A stretch of DNA of 42,686 nt, from NCBI GenBank assembly GCA_042217215.1, contig JBDGTC010000090.1, positions 1 to 42,686 on the forward strand, written 5' to 3'. How positions within the stretch are numbered: the first letter of the stretch is position 1; every line of letters begins with the position of its first letter. Below are positions 1 to 8,344 of this stretch, in pieces. The notes beneath the pieces were generated by a model that did not search any database, was not told the DNA's origin, and saw only the letters and a list, made by a program, of their open reading frames with translations. The DNA comes from Halobacteriaceae archaeon (GTDB lineage Archaea; Halobacteriota; Halobacteria; Halobacteriales; Halobacteriaceae). The position numbers and the translations under genes are program-made.

Positions 1-11
1 GCTTGCCCCCC

Positions 12-66
12 GTTCAAATCGGGGAGGGCGGATTTGCGCAGCAAATCCGACCGAGCCGATTTGAGC
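12..66. repeat. Copy 1 of a direct repeat; a nested palindrome that contains a tRNA T-arm-like hairpin
   Basis: 8-24 reads CCCCG-TTCAAAT-CGGGG, a 5-bp stem with a 7-nt loop and the canonical GTTCAAATC T-loop. It is followed by 7 nt plus A (25-32). 29-37/41-49 is a perfect 9-bp hairpin (CGGATTTGC/GCAAATCCG). 14-22/56-64 is a perfect 9-bp inverted repeat (TCAAATCGG/CCGATTTGA). Confidence 0.6.
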
Positions 67-124
67 AGGTCAGTCGCAGCCCCGGAACGGCGCGAAGCGC
101 CGCACGCCCGGAACGTCTGACCGA

Positions 125-179
125 GTTCAAATCGGGGAGGGTGGATTTTCCCAGCACGTCCGACCGACCCAATGTGAGC
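125..179. repeat. Copy 2 of the same repeat, 113 bp downstream, with degenerate palindromes
   Basis: By hand alignment to 12-66, 47 of 55 positions are identical with no indels. The first 24 nt (GTTCAAATCGGGGAGGGYGGATTT) differ at one position. The stems that pair in copy 1 are broken here. Confidence 0.6.
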
Positions 180-184
180 CGCAG

Positions 185-790
185 TCACTCCGTGGTGAGC
201 TGGCCGGTCCGGGACACGTCCCCGTTGACGGAGACGGTCACGTCGTAGGTCCCCTCGCCGGGGTTCGTGACGTCGTCGTACACCACGATCACCGTGTCGT
301 CCTCCTCGAGGTTGTAGTTGCCCGAGAGCTCCAGCCGGAGGGTGTGACCGCCGTCGGTGACGATGACCCCGTCGCTCGGCGGACAGCACTCCAGGTCGCC
401 GTGGGCGTTCACGTCCACCTTCCGGTCGCCGTCCGTGTCGATACCGAGCTTCGTCACGTCGGACCGCGCGTCCATCGCCGTCACGTCGGTCGCCTCGTAC
501 TCTATCTGGACGACGTTCAGCGAGTTGCCGGCGGTGTTCGAGCCGTCGCGGATGTGGAACTCGATGCGGTGGCGGGCACCGCTCTCGAGGGCGTCGTCCT
601 CGAGGGCGCTGACGAGCTCCCCGGTCGGGATAGAGTGGTCGTCCGGCGCCTCCCGCAGCCCCTCGACGGTCTCGCCGAGGCGCCCGAAGTCCACCATCCC
701 CGGGAGGCCGACGGTGAACGTGCTCGCGAGGAGGATGACGATCACCACCAGCACGACCGTTCCGATGACCGGGCTCACGGCCCTGTCCAT
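185..790 (-). CDS. Archaeal type IV pilin-like protein (class III signal peptide, DUF1628-type N-terminus)
   Basis: The ORF 185..817 contains MDRAVSPVIGTVVLVVIVILLAS. This is the typical [DE]R[AG]-SPVIG motif plus hydrophobic helix of archaeal pilin-like N-termini. Start placed at the internal ATG (790). The C-terminal part is acidic. Confidence 0.75.
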   Translation of the reverse strand: MDRAVSPVIGTVVLVVIVILLASTFTVGLPGMVDFGRLGETVEGLREAPDDHSIPTGELVSALEDDALESGARHRIEFHIRDGSNTAGNSLNVVQIEYEATDVTAMDARSDVTKLGIDTDGDRKVDVNAHGDLECCPPSDGVIVTDGGHTLRLELSGNYNLEEDDTVIVVYDDVTNPGEGTYDVTVSVNGDVSRTGQLTTE

Positions 791-950
791 ACCCGAGGGG
801 TGGACCCGACCGCCCATGGCACGCTAGCCAAGTTGTGTCGCCTCGGGCAGCCCGCGGACGGGAGGCGGGCCACTCGGGACCGCCGAAACCAATCGGTGCG
901 GTCCGTCCCGCGGCGACGTGGGTCCGTCCGAACAGCCCGGCCCGAGGGTG

Positions 951-1223
951 TCAGCTCACCGAGAGCACGAGGAACACGACGCCGAGGCCGACCAGCAACA
1001 CCACGTGCGTGAGCGACCCCTTCCCGATCTGCTTCGCGTAGCCGCCCGCCTCGTACTCGCGGACGACGCCGCCGCGGAGCGCCGAGAACTGCGCGGGAAT
1101 CCGCAGTCGCAACAGGCCGAGCAGGACGAAGACCACCCCGGCGCCGAAGAACAGCCAGTCCACCATGCGCCGGGGTTTGCCCGGGCTCCACATAGTTCTG
1201 CGGCCGCCGGGATCAGACGGCAC
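951..1223 (-). CDS. Small membrane protein with two predicted TM helices, function unknown
   Basis: 90-aa ORF with two hydrophobic stretches (WLFFGAGVVFVLLGLL and HVVLLVGLGVVFLVLSV). Internal ATGs (MWSP.., MVDW..) are alternative starts. Confidence 0.45.
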   Translation of the reverse strand: MPSDPGGRRTMWSPGKPRRMVDWLFFGAGVVFVLLGLLRLRIPAQFSALRGGVVREYEAGGYAKQIGKGSLTHVVLLVGLGVVFLVLSVS

Positions 1224-1266
1224 TGACCACGCGAGGGTCGTGCCCGTCGCGGCCCGTCCGACCCGC

Positions 1267-1569
1267 TCAGACCGACGTGGGCGTCGGCAGCGGCCCCGAC
1301 TGCGTGCCGGGCGGGACGACCTTGAGCACCTGGCCGGCGCCGTACTGGAACCGGTTGGACTTGTCCGGGACGCCGACGGTGAGGAGGTAGAGGAAGCCGT
1401 CCTCGTCGCGACCCATGGAGTTCACGACGCGGTTGAGCTCGCCGTTCGGGGTGTTCGCGACGGAGAACTTCTCGACCGGCCACGTACCGTCGTCCTGTGG
1501 CGTGGCGACGAACAGGTCGCCGCTCGGCTTCTGGAGGTTCGAGGTGTAGTTGCTGGGGAGAGCCCGAAT
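1267..1569 (-). pseudogene. 5'-truncated gene remnant; C-terminal 100 codons of a protein resembling the last blade of PQQ-dependent sugar dehydrogenases (tentative)
   Basis: My translation of a frame absent from the ORF track gives IRALPSNYTSNLQKPSGDLFVATPQDDGTWPVEKFSVANTPNGELNRVVNSMGRDEDGFLYLLTVGVPDKSNRFQYGAGQVLKVVPPGTQSGPLPTPTSV*. It has strong GC3 bias. The frame is closed upstream by TGA (1570-1572), exactly where G+C drops. No plausible start codon is present. Confidence 0.5.
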
Positions 1570-1729
1570 TCAGGAGTAACGACGTTTCTCGGTGAACGCA
1601 ACCAGTGATGACTGACGATCTGAAAAAACTTGTCGGCAGTCGTAACAATCGGCCAGTTATCGACCACCAATGGGAGGGTGACTCCGATGGGGTGGAAGCT
1701 GTGACAGGAGGTGAGCAGTTACCTTTTCA

Positions 1730-2836
1730 CTAAACTCCCTCCGCATCCGTTCTGCCACCCTCGCCGAAGCTGATGCCGTGATCGTAGTATAGATGCTCGG
1801 CGGAGATACCAAATGTTGAATCATGCATATCCATACCACATTCAGAATATCCCGCTTTGTCATTTTCATGGGCGTAGGTTAGAAGTCCGCACAGCCACGC
1901 ATCGTAATTCTCGTCGAGCCAGTAAAATGGCGCTCCAGAATCTCTATGGGTGGCATCCACATACGTTGACATTCCGTTATTTTTAAAGTCTCTACAATCT
2001 TCAGTATACTGGTAGTTAGTGTATCTTATATCACTACACGTACGTCCAGAGCTTGCTCCAGCTTTACATATGTCGATACCTGCGTTCTTAAGATTGTACA
2101 GTCCGGTTTGGGTGACGTGCCCCTTTAGAGTTCTCAAATAATATGTATCGTCAATCTCACTAGATGCCTGTGTTATTCTATCGTTTACGAGTGCCCAATC
2201 CTCTTCTCTATTGGATATCATCACATCTCCAACATCGTTTCCGCATTGGTCAGCTGTTTCCCCAATTGTCTCTGTACACTTACTGTCGTTCATTACGTGG
2301 TTGGCGGTTAAGATGTAGTCTTCCCCGTTCTTGTGGGCACGCGCACATGCTGTCCCATCATATTCGAGACCCGACCCTTGGCGGGACCAAGAGGCTCCCC
2401 CAGGAATTGGGTCATATGGTTTATTATTGTAACAACCACACAACTCTTTCGCTGGGCCAGTTTCGGACACTGTAACCGGAACGCCCTCGATTTCGTCCGG
2501 GCCGTTGAACTTCGAATCGTCCAGGACGTCGTAGTGAATTACCCGCCCCTTCCATCCCCCGAACATCTTCTCGCTCGTACTACCGAGCCCACACCCGACG
2601 ACGTTGTCGTCGTCTACTCGGCCGTTCCGTTCGAGTACCCGTTTGGCATGCTCGTTGTGCTCGTGCCAGCTCCTCGGAGCCTCGAGCCACCTCTTCACCG
2701 TATCGCCCTGTTTCAAGAACGGGAGCTTCACCGTATCGTCCGCAGACGCTGTCGGGAGGGTCGACAGCGCAGCTGCCGAGACACCCGTTGATTGCAGCAC
2801 CTTTCTCCTACTGACATGGCTGTTATTGGGAACCAC
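1730..2836 (-). CDS. Tat-secreted chymotrypsin-fold (S1-like) serine protease with an N-terminal pro-region
   Basis: Twin-arginine signal NNSHVSRRKVLQSTGVSAAALSTLPTASA. His-Asp-Ser motifs occur in canonical order: ILTANHV, EEDWALV, HRDSGAPF. The protein is Cys-rich and the gene is low in G+C. Start set at GTG 2836, about 26 nt downstream of a TATA box that is conserved with the paralog. The track's ATG at 2875 lies upstream of that TATA. Confidence 0.75.
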   Translation of the reverse strand: MVPNNSHVSRRKVLQSTGVSAAALSTLPTASADDTVKLPFLKQGDTVKRWLEAPRSWHEHNEHAKRVLERNGRVDDDNVVGCGLGSTSEKMFGGWKGRVIHYDVLDDSKFNGPDEIEGVPVTVSETGPAKELCGCYNNKPYDPIPGGASWSRQGSGLEYDGTACARAHKNGEDYILTANHVMNDSKCTETIGETADQCGNDVGDVMISNREEDWALVNDRITQASSEIDDTYYLRTLKGHVTQTGLYNLKNAGIDICKAGASSGRTCSDIRYTNYQYTEDCRDFKNNGMSTYVDATHRDSGAPFYWLDENYDAWLCGLLTYAHENDKAGYSECGMDMHDSTFGISAEHLYYDHGISFGEGGRTDAEGV

Positions 2837-2856
2837 GAAAATCAGACGACACGGAA

Positions 2857-2866
2857 TTACATTAAA
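2857..2866 (-). promoter_or_regulatory. Putative TATA box (TTTAATGTAA on the minus strand) for the protease gene
   Basis: AT-rich box centred about 26 nt upstream of GTG 2836. The homologous box TTTAATATAA sits at the same spacing upstream of the paralog's ATG (8324). Confidence 0.4.
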
Positions 2867-2953
2867 CCTTTTCATTATTTATCTGATACTATTCGGGTTC
2901 GTCTGACGGTTGCTAGACGTAATCTACTAGGAAATTGAGGCGGGTATTTCGAA

Positions 2954-3592
2954 GTGACTATAGACGAAATCGCCCGCCTCATCGGCGGTAGCGACGCTCT
3001 CGAGTTAGATTTTGTGGAACGTGTTGCGACGCCGAAACCGGTGATGAACCTCGCGAGCCGACTCCATCTTCGCGGTCTCTCTCTTTCAAATACAGTTTTA
3101 TTCTCGAGTGTTTTGGCGTAGAGCGTGCCAGATCGGCCGTTCACAACTGGTTCAGAAGGCGGATATCGAACCGGCGGACGGACGAGATCCGGAGAAAATC
3201 GCGCTCGGCGAAACGGTCGTCAAACTCGAGGGCGAACGGTTCTGGTTCGTTGCTGCCGTGGCTCCGGAGACGAACATAATCCTCCACGCTGGGTTCTATT
3301 CCCACCGAAATCTCGGGTCAACGAAGATGTTTCTTCGAGAGCTCGACGAGAAACACGACCTCGACGACACCGAATTCTTCGTCGACGGTGCACCGTGGCT
3401 GCAGGCGAGTCTCCACGAACCAGGGATGCACTTCCGCCACGAAACGCACGGAGACCGGAATCCGTCGAACGTATATTCCAGGAGGTAAAACGACGAATAG
3501 AACAGTTCTACAATACGTTTAGTCACGCCAGCGCGGAATCCGTCGAATCGTGGTTCCTCGCGTGGAACTGGGCGTGGAATCGGCTTATCTGA
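2954..3592 (+). pseudogene. IS6-family transposase, inactivated by three 1-nt frameshifts
   Basis: Pieces in three frames join into an IS6-like protein: VTIDEIARLIGGSDALELDFVERVATPKPVMNLASRLHLRGLSLSNTVLF / ILECFGVERARSAVHNW / QKADIEPADGRDPEKIALGETVVKLEGERFWFVAAVAPETNIILHAGFYSHRN..FVDGAPWLQASLHEPGMHFRHETHGDRNP / VERIFQEVKRRIEQFYNTFSHASAESVESWFLAWNWAWNRLI*. Shifts lie near 3095, 3150 and 3465. Terminal inverted repeats were not identified. Confidence 0.75.
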
Positions 3593-3655
3593 ACAGTGCC
3601 GGTCCGGGAGTCACAAACTTTAAGTGAATCGATACGTTCGGTTTTCAGAGAACGC

Positions 3656-5938
3656 ATGTCGGACGTCGCGGTGCTCGCCCAGGCCCTCCGCTGGCTCGGT
3701 GGCCTCCTCGCGCTCGGCCTCCTGGCGCTGCCGGTGACGACGTGGCTGCTCGATCCCATGGAGAGCCAGGGTGCGGGCTTCGCGATCACCGTCGGCTCCG
3801 CGATCACCACGCTGGTCGTCTTCTGGGTCGGGCAAGTCGCCTTCGGTCCCGCCACCGTCCTGGTCGGCCTCGTCGTCCTCGCCGCGCTCTCGGTGATCGC
3901 GTACGCACCGGGAGCCCGGCCGCCGGTGCGACGGTACGCGGAGACGAGCGTCGTGTTCGCGCTGGCGTTCGCCGTGGCCGTCTTCCTCCGCCTCGACTCG
4001 CCACAGCTCGAGATCTGGGCCGAGGGCTTCCTCAATTTCGGGCTCGTGAAGACGCTGTTCCGGGCGTCGGCGCTCCCCCCGGAGGACTTCTGGTTCGCCG
4101 CGGAGCCCGTCCGCTACTACTACGGCGGCCACCTCTCGGCGGTGATCTGGGCGACGCTCACCGGGACGCCCGCCCGCGTCGTCCCGAACCTGGCGGTCCC
4201 GACGACCTACGCGATGCTCGTCACCGGCGCGTACGACCTCGGCGGGTCGATCGGTGCCGTCCGGGGGCTCCGCCGACGGGTCGCGGGCGGGGTCACGGCA
4301 CTGATGCTCGCGCTCGGCGGGAACCTCTTCGAACCGATCCGGGTGCTGTCTCACGCCCTGCCGGCGGGGGTCGCCGCCGACCTCCGCGGGGCGCTCGGCC
4401 TGCCGCCGACCCCCGCCGCCTCGTTCTCCTGGTTCGCGCCCACCCACTTCGCGCCGTTCCCGACGGACGTACCGGTGTACTCGGTCGTCATCGGGAGTCT
4501 CCACGCGCACGTGTCGAGCCAACCGATCACACTCCTCGTCGTCGCGCTCCTGTTCGCGTACTACCTGACGCCCGCCGGGGAGCGTCGTCTGCGGCGGCGC
4601 CGGCTCCTCGCCGCCGCTCCGGCCGTCGGCCTCGTCTTGCTCACGAACGTCTGGAGTGTCCCGACCGGGCTGGGGCTCGTGGCGCTCGCGGTCGCGTTCG
4701 CACCCGCCGCGCCGTGGACCCTGCTCCCGGACCGCGCCGGTCCGGGCCTCCGCTCGAACCGCGCTGGTCCGGGGTTCCTCAGTCGCGTCCAGGTGCGTGG
4801 CTCCGTCGGGGAGGCCGGTCGCTACGGTGCCGGGGTTTTGGCGGCGATCGCTGTCGGTGCGCTCGCGCTGCTCAGCGTCGCGCCTTTCCTCCTGGGGACG
4901 AACGCGTCGCGGCCGATCGCGTTCCTCCCCTCACGGACCGGCGTCGGCGTGTACCTCGTTGACTACGGCGGCTTCCTCGCGGCCTTCGCGCTCCTGCTCT
5001 GGCCGCGGCTCCGCGAGCGCGTCTCGCTCCTCGTGCAGGTGCTCGTGGGCTCGCTTCTCCTGCTCGTCGCCGTCGAACTGGACGTCGCCGCGGCCGCGAT
5101 CGTCGTCCCGGTCCTCCTCGCCGCGTGGTGGCTGCTCCGCGGGTGGGAGGAGGGCCCCGAGGAGACGGGCGGCTTCGCGGTCCTGTTGATCCTCGCGGGC
5201 GCGGGGCTGGCGCTGCTCGTCGAGTTCGCCTACGTAAAGGGGGGAGCCGCGGCCGGCCGGTACAACACAGTGTACAAGGTCCACAGCCAGGTGTGGCTGC
5301 TCTGGTCGGTCGCGGCTGGCGTGGCCCTCGCGTCGGTGCTCTCGGAAGGGCTAGCGGAGCGACCACGGACGCCGTGGAGGGTCGGTGCGCGGTCGTTCCG
5401 GACGGCGGCCGCCGTCGTCCTCGTCGTCAGCGCGTCGCTGTTCGGTGCGTTCGCGGTGTCCGACGCCGCGACCCGGGATCACGCCGTGACCGAGGAGCTC
5501 ACGCTCGACGCGACGGCCTTCGTCGGTGTCCACCACCCGGACCACGCCGCGGCGATCGAGTGGCTCGACGCCCGCCCGGGGCAGCCCCACATCGTCGCCG
5601 CCGCTCCCACCGAGGCGGCGATGTTCAGCTTCACGGCGAATCCGGCGTCGAGCCTGACCGGGTTGCCGACAATCGCCGGGTGGACCCACGCCGCAGACTA
5701 CCACCCGCAGGCGGCGTACGACCGGCGGGTGCGGCACGTCCGTCGCATTTTCGAGGGCTCCGCGTCGACGCGGGCGACGCTCCTCGAGCGCTACGACGTC
5801 CGCTTCGTCTACGTCGGGCCGTACGAATGGGAGCGCTACGACGTCGCGAACCTCGAGAAGGGGCACCTGCTGGAGCCGCGGCGGTTCGGCACGGTGACGG
5901 TGTACGCCGTGAACTCGTCGGCGACGCCCGACGCGTAG
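3656..5938 (+). CDS. DUF2298 (Chlor_Arch_YYY) family polytopic membrane protein with a C-terminal soluble domain
   Basis: About 760 aa with many TM segments. It carries the characteristic EPVRYYYGGHL motif and has high GC3. Start set at ATG 3656 (MSDVAVLAQ..). The track start at 3596 lies in AT-rich sequence. Confidence 0.75.
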   Translation: MSDVAVLAQALRWLGGLLALGLLALPVTTWLLDPMESQGAGFAITVGSAITTLVVFWVGQVAFGPATVLVGLVVLAALSVIAYAPGARPPVRRYAETSVVFALAFAVAVFLRLDSPQLEIWAEGFLNFGLVKTLFRASALPPEDFWFAAEPVRYYYGGHLSAVIWATLTGTPARVVPNLAVPTTYAMLVTGAYDLGGSIGAVRGLRRRVAGGVTALMLALGGNLFEPIRVLSHALPAGVAADLRGALGLPPTPAASFSWFAPTHFAPFPTDVPVYSVVIGSLHAHVSSQPITLLVVALLFAYYLTPAGERRLRRRRLLAAAPAVGLVLLTNVWSVPTGLGLVALAVAFAPAAPWTLLPDRAGPGLRSNRAGPGFLSRVQVRGSVGEAGRYGAGVLAAIAVGALALLSVAPFLLGTNASRPIAFLPSRTGVGVYLVDYGGFLAAFALLLWPRLRERVSLLVQVLVGSLLLLVAVELDVAAAAIVVPVLLAAWWLLRGWEEGPEETGGFAVLLILAGAGLALLVEFAYVKGGAAAGRYNTVYKVHSQVWLLWSVAAGVALASVLSEGLAERPRTPWRVGARSFRTAAAVVLVVSASLFGAFAVSDAATRDHAVTEELTLDATAFVGVHHPDHAAAIEWLDARPGQPHIVAAAPTEAAMFSFTANPASSLTGLPTIAGWTHAADYHPQAAYDRRVRHVRRIFEGSASTRATLLERYDVRFVYVGPYEWERYDVANLEKGHLLEPRRFGTVTVYAVNSSATPDA

Positions 5939-6021
5939 GTCCGGACTCGGACCGGCAGACGTTCAGGAGTTACGCTTCGAGAGGTTGGTTCTATTCTTGC
6001 TAAAGCAGGTTCGAGAGGAGA

Positions 6022-6996
6022 GGGCCGTGTTTAGACGCTCGAGATCAGCGGCGTGAGCTGTTCTCTATTTAGTATCGTGTTGCTAGTAGCTCGTTGTAAA
6101 TGTCGTACTTACTAGGAAGTGAAACGGGAAGGATTGTTTGTGTCCAGCAATCTACCACGCTTCACCCAACGCGTCGTTTCGCTCAATAATCTGTCGGCGA
6201 CGATCCAGCACCCGCGATACAGCGAGGGATAAGCGGCTACGCCGACTAGGTAATCGTGGCACTGCACGGCCTTCGAGAGTACCTCGACCACCCGTACCGC
6301 CAGCTGCTGGACGTGCTCCACGAGATGCCGCGGATTGCCGGGCTACTCGGGCTCGAGGCCGGTGATCTCCCCGACTTTACCAACGTGTGCGCGAGATATC
6401 AATAACTCAAAATGCCGATCTGGCGCGTCCTGCTGTGGTTATCGTCGGAGTTGTACGACACCGGCGAGGTCCAGGCCATCGACGCCACCGGCATGGATCG
6501 TGTCGCGGCGAGCCAGCTACGCCAAACGCACGAATTACACGTTCCGCGCGGTGAAGACGACGGTGCTGATCGACTGCAAGACCGGTGCAATCCTATGTAT
6601 ACATTGCTTGATGAAACAACCGCACGATTCACAGATCGGGTGGCAGGTCCTCGTTCAGAATCTCGACAAGCTGTCAACTGTGGCTGTTGACAAAGGATAG
6701 GACTGGGAGCTCCTTCGGCATAAACTCCATTCAGAAGGCGTGAACACCGCGATCAAGCACCGCGAATTCGGTTGGCACGGCGTTGCGAATAACGCTCTGA
6801 TAGCTGATGAAACGTACCACCAGCGCTCGAACGTCGAATCCACGTTTTTCGCGCTTCGGAGAAAATACGGAGAGCTCGTCAGAGCGCGAACGTGGTTTGG
6901 ACAGTTCAGAGAACTCGTGCTGAAGTGTGCCGTCAGAAACGTCGAACTCGCGCTCGACCGCTCAAACCCATGAATTCGCGCGTCTAAACAAGCCCC
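6022..6996 (+). mobile_element. Degenerate IS5-family-like (haloarchaeal ISH-type, DDE) insertion sequence with terminal inverted repeats and a dead transposase
   Basis: IR-L is GGGCCGTGTTTAGACGC (6022-6038). The reverse complement of IR-R (6980-6996) is GGGGCTTGTTTAGACGC, matching at 15 of 17 positions. Transposase fragments lie in two frames between about 6133 and 6973: ..LPRFTQRVVSL.., ..VALHGLREYLDHPYRQLLDVLHEMPRIAGLLGLEAGDLPDFTNVCARYQ*LKMPIWRVLL..QAIDATGMDRVAASQ / YAKRTNYTFRAVKTTVLIDCKTGAIL..KQPHDSQIGWQVL..VAVDKG*DWE..IKHREFGWHGVANN..YHQRSNVESTFFALRRKYG... There are at least 2 frameshifts and 3 in-frame stops. Confidence 0.75.
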
Positions 6997-7237
6997 AGAT
7001 TTTCTTATCGTGGGGGTGGGAGGCTATTTCCCCGTCCCATTTAACCGGTTCCGGTACTGCGAATACCATACCTCGATAGGAAATCTGAGGTGTGGACTGG
7101 GAGCGGGACCGGACTACGAGGTTGATTCCCTGACAGGCCCACAGATTAAGCTATTTTTGTCTATAGCGCCGGCACCTGACGAGATCACATTCATTTCACG
7201 GACAAATTCGGGAAGTTAGCAATTGGTGTTACTATAT

Positions 7238-8324
7238 TTATGTATCAGTTTCGCCTCCCTGGCCGAAACTGATGCCGTGTTTGTAGTAGAGGTGTTCGGC
7301 TGAGATTCCCCACGACTGATCCAGCATGTCGTTGCTGCACCGATCGTATCCCGCGTCGTTTTTGCCGAAACTCAGGAGCCCGCAAAGTTAGGCGTCGCCG
7401 TTCCCGTCGACCCAGTAGAATGGCGAACCGAAGTCGCCGTGCGTGGCGTCCACGTACGTCGCGAGACCGTTGTAGTTCAGATTTCGACATCCATTCGTGT
7501 AGTGGTAGTTCGTGTTCTTGATGTCGCTGTACGTATTTCCGGAGGCTGCTCCCGCTTTGTTGATGTCGACCCGTTCGACTCGAGCCTGTCTAACCCGCTC
7601 TGGGTAACGTGCCCCTTCAGATCCCGCAAGAAGTCTGTATTATCGATTTTGTTCGATGCCGGGACGTAGGTGTCCTGTACCAGCGCCCATTCCTCCTCGG
7701 TGTTGTAGTACTCGACGTCACCGACGTCGTTCCCGCACTGTTTGCCGGTGTTTCCACTGGTCCCGTTACAATCCGGATCTGCCATTACGTGGTTTGCCGT
7801 CAAGATGTAGGTCTGCGCCGTTGCGAATTGCCCGTGCACAGGCAGTTCCATCCAGCCACCGGTCCCCTTGAGCCCCCAGGACGCGCCGCCCGGAATCGAA
7901 CTGTACTGGTGGTCGTTGTAGCAGCCACACAGCTCCTGCCCGGGGCCCGATTCGGAGACGGTGACCGGAATCCCCTCTATTTCGTCCGGGACGTCGAACG
8001 CCGATTCGTCCAGGACGTCGTAGTGAATCGTTCGGCCGTTCCAGCCACCGAAGGTCTTCTCGCTCGTACTCCCCAGCCCACACCCGACGACGTTGTCGTC
8101 GTCTTCCCGGCCGTTTCGCTCGAGGACCCGTTTGGCCTGCTGGTTCTGCTCGTACCAGCTCCTCGGTGCTTCGAACCACCTAGTCACCGTATCACCCTGT
8201 CACAAGAACGGGAGTTTCACAGTGTCGTCCGCCGATGCCGTCGGGAGCGTCGAGAGAGCGGCCGCCGAGACTCCGGTTGATTTCAGGACTTTCTCCTACT
8301 AACATGGCTATTATTGGAAGCCAT
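7238..8324 (-). pseudogene. Decayed paralog of the S1-like protease at 1730-2836
   Basis: Collinear with the intact copy. It begins MASNNSHVSRRK. Lesions: a 1-nt deletion near 8290 inside the Tat motif; an in-frame TGA at 8200-8202 (PFL*QGD versus PFLKQGD); a frameshift near 7570; an in-frame TAA at about 7389-7391 (GDA*LCGLL versus YDAWLCGLL). Catalytic positions are altered: EEEWALV (Asp to Glu) and HGDFGSPF (Ser to Phe). Confidence 0.85.
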
Positions 8325-8344
8325 GAAATTCACGACAGGCGGAA

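Noticed and set aside
1-32. Calling a definite tRNA gene at the window start
   Set aside because: Only a T-arm and a 3' acceptor-like segment are visible. The implied acceptor stem would begin with C, and the same bases take part in a larger palindrome. It is kept as a hypothesis in the findings rather than as a tRNA feature.
2837-2875. ATG at 2875 as the start of the protease gene (381-aa version in the ORF track)
   Set aside because: It would place the conserved TATA-like box inside the coding region. It would also add a hydrophobic extension ahead of the Tat motif that the paralog lacks. GTG 2836 matches the paralog's ATG position.
2954-6996. IS6-like and IS5-like elements flanking the DUF2298 gene as a composite transposon
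   Set aside because: The two elements belong to different families, so no common transposase could mobilise the unit. Both transposases are inactivated.
7010-7219. 69-aa ORF in the low-GC spacer between the IS5-like element and the protease pseudogene
   Set aside because: No motif, no codon-bias signal and no plausible promoter were found. It is probably non-coding filler of the decayed island.
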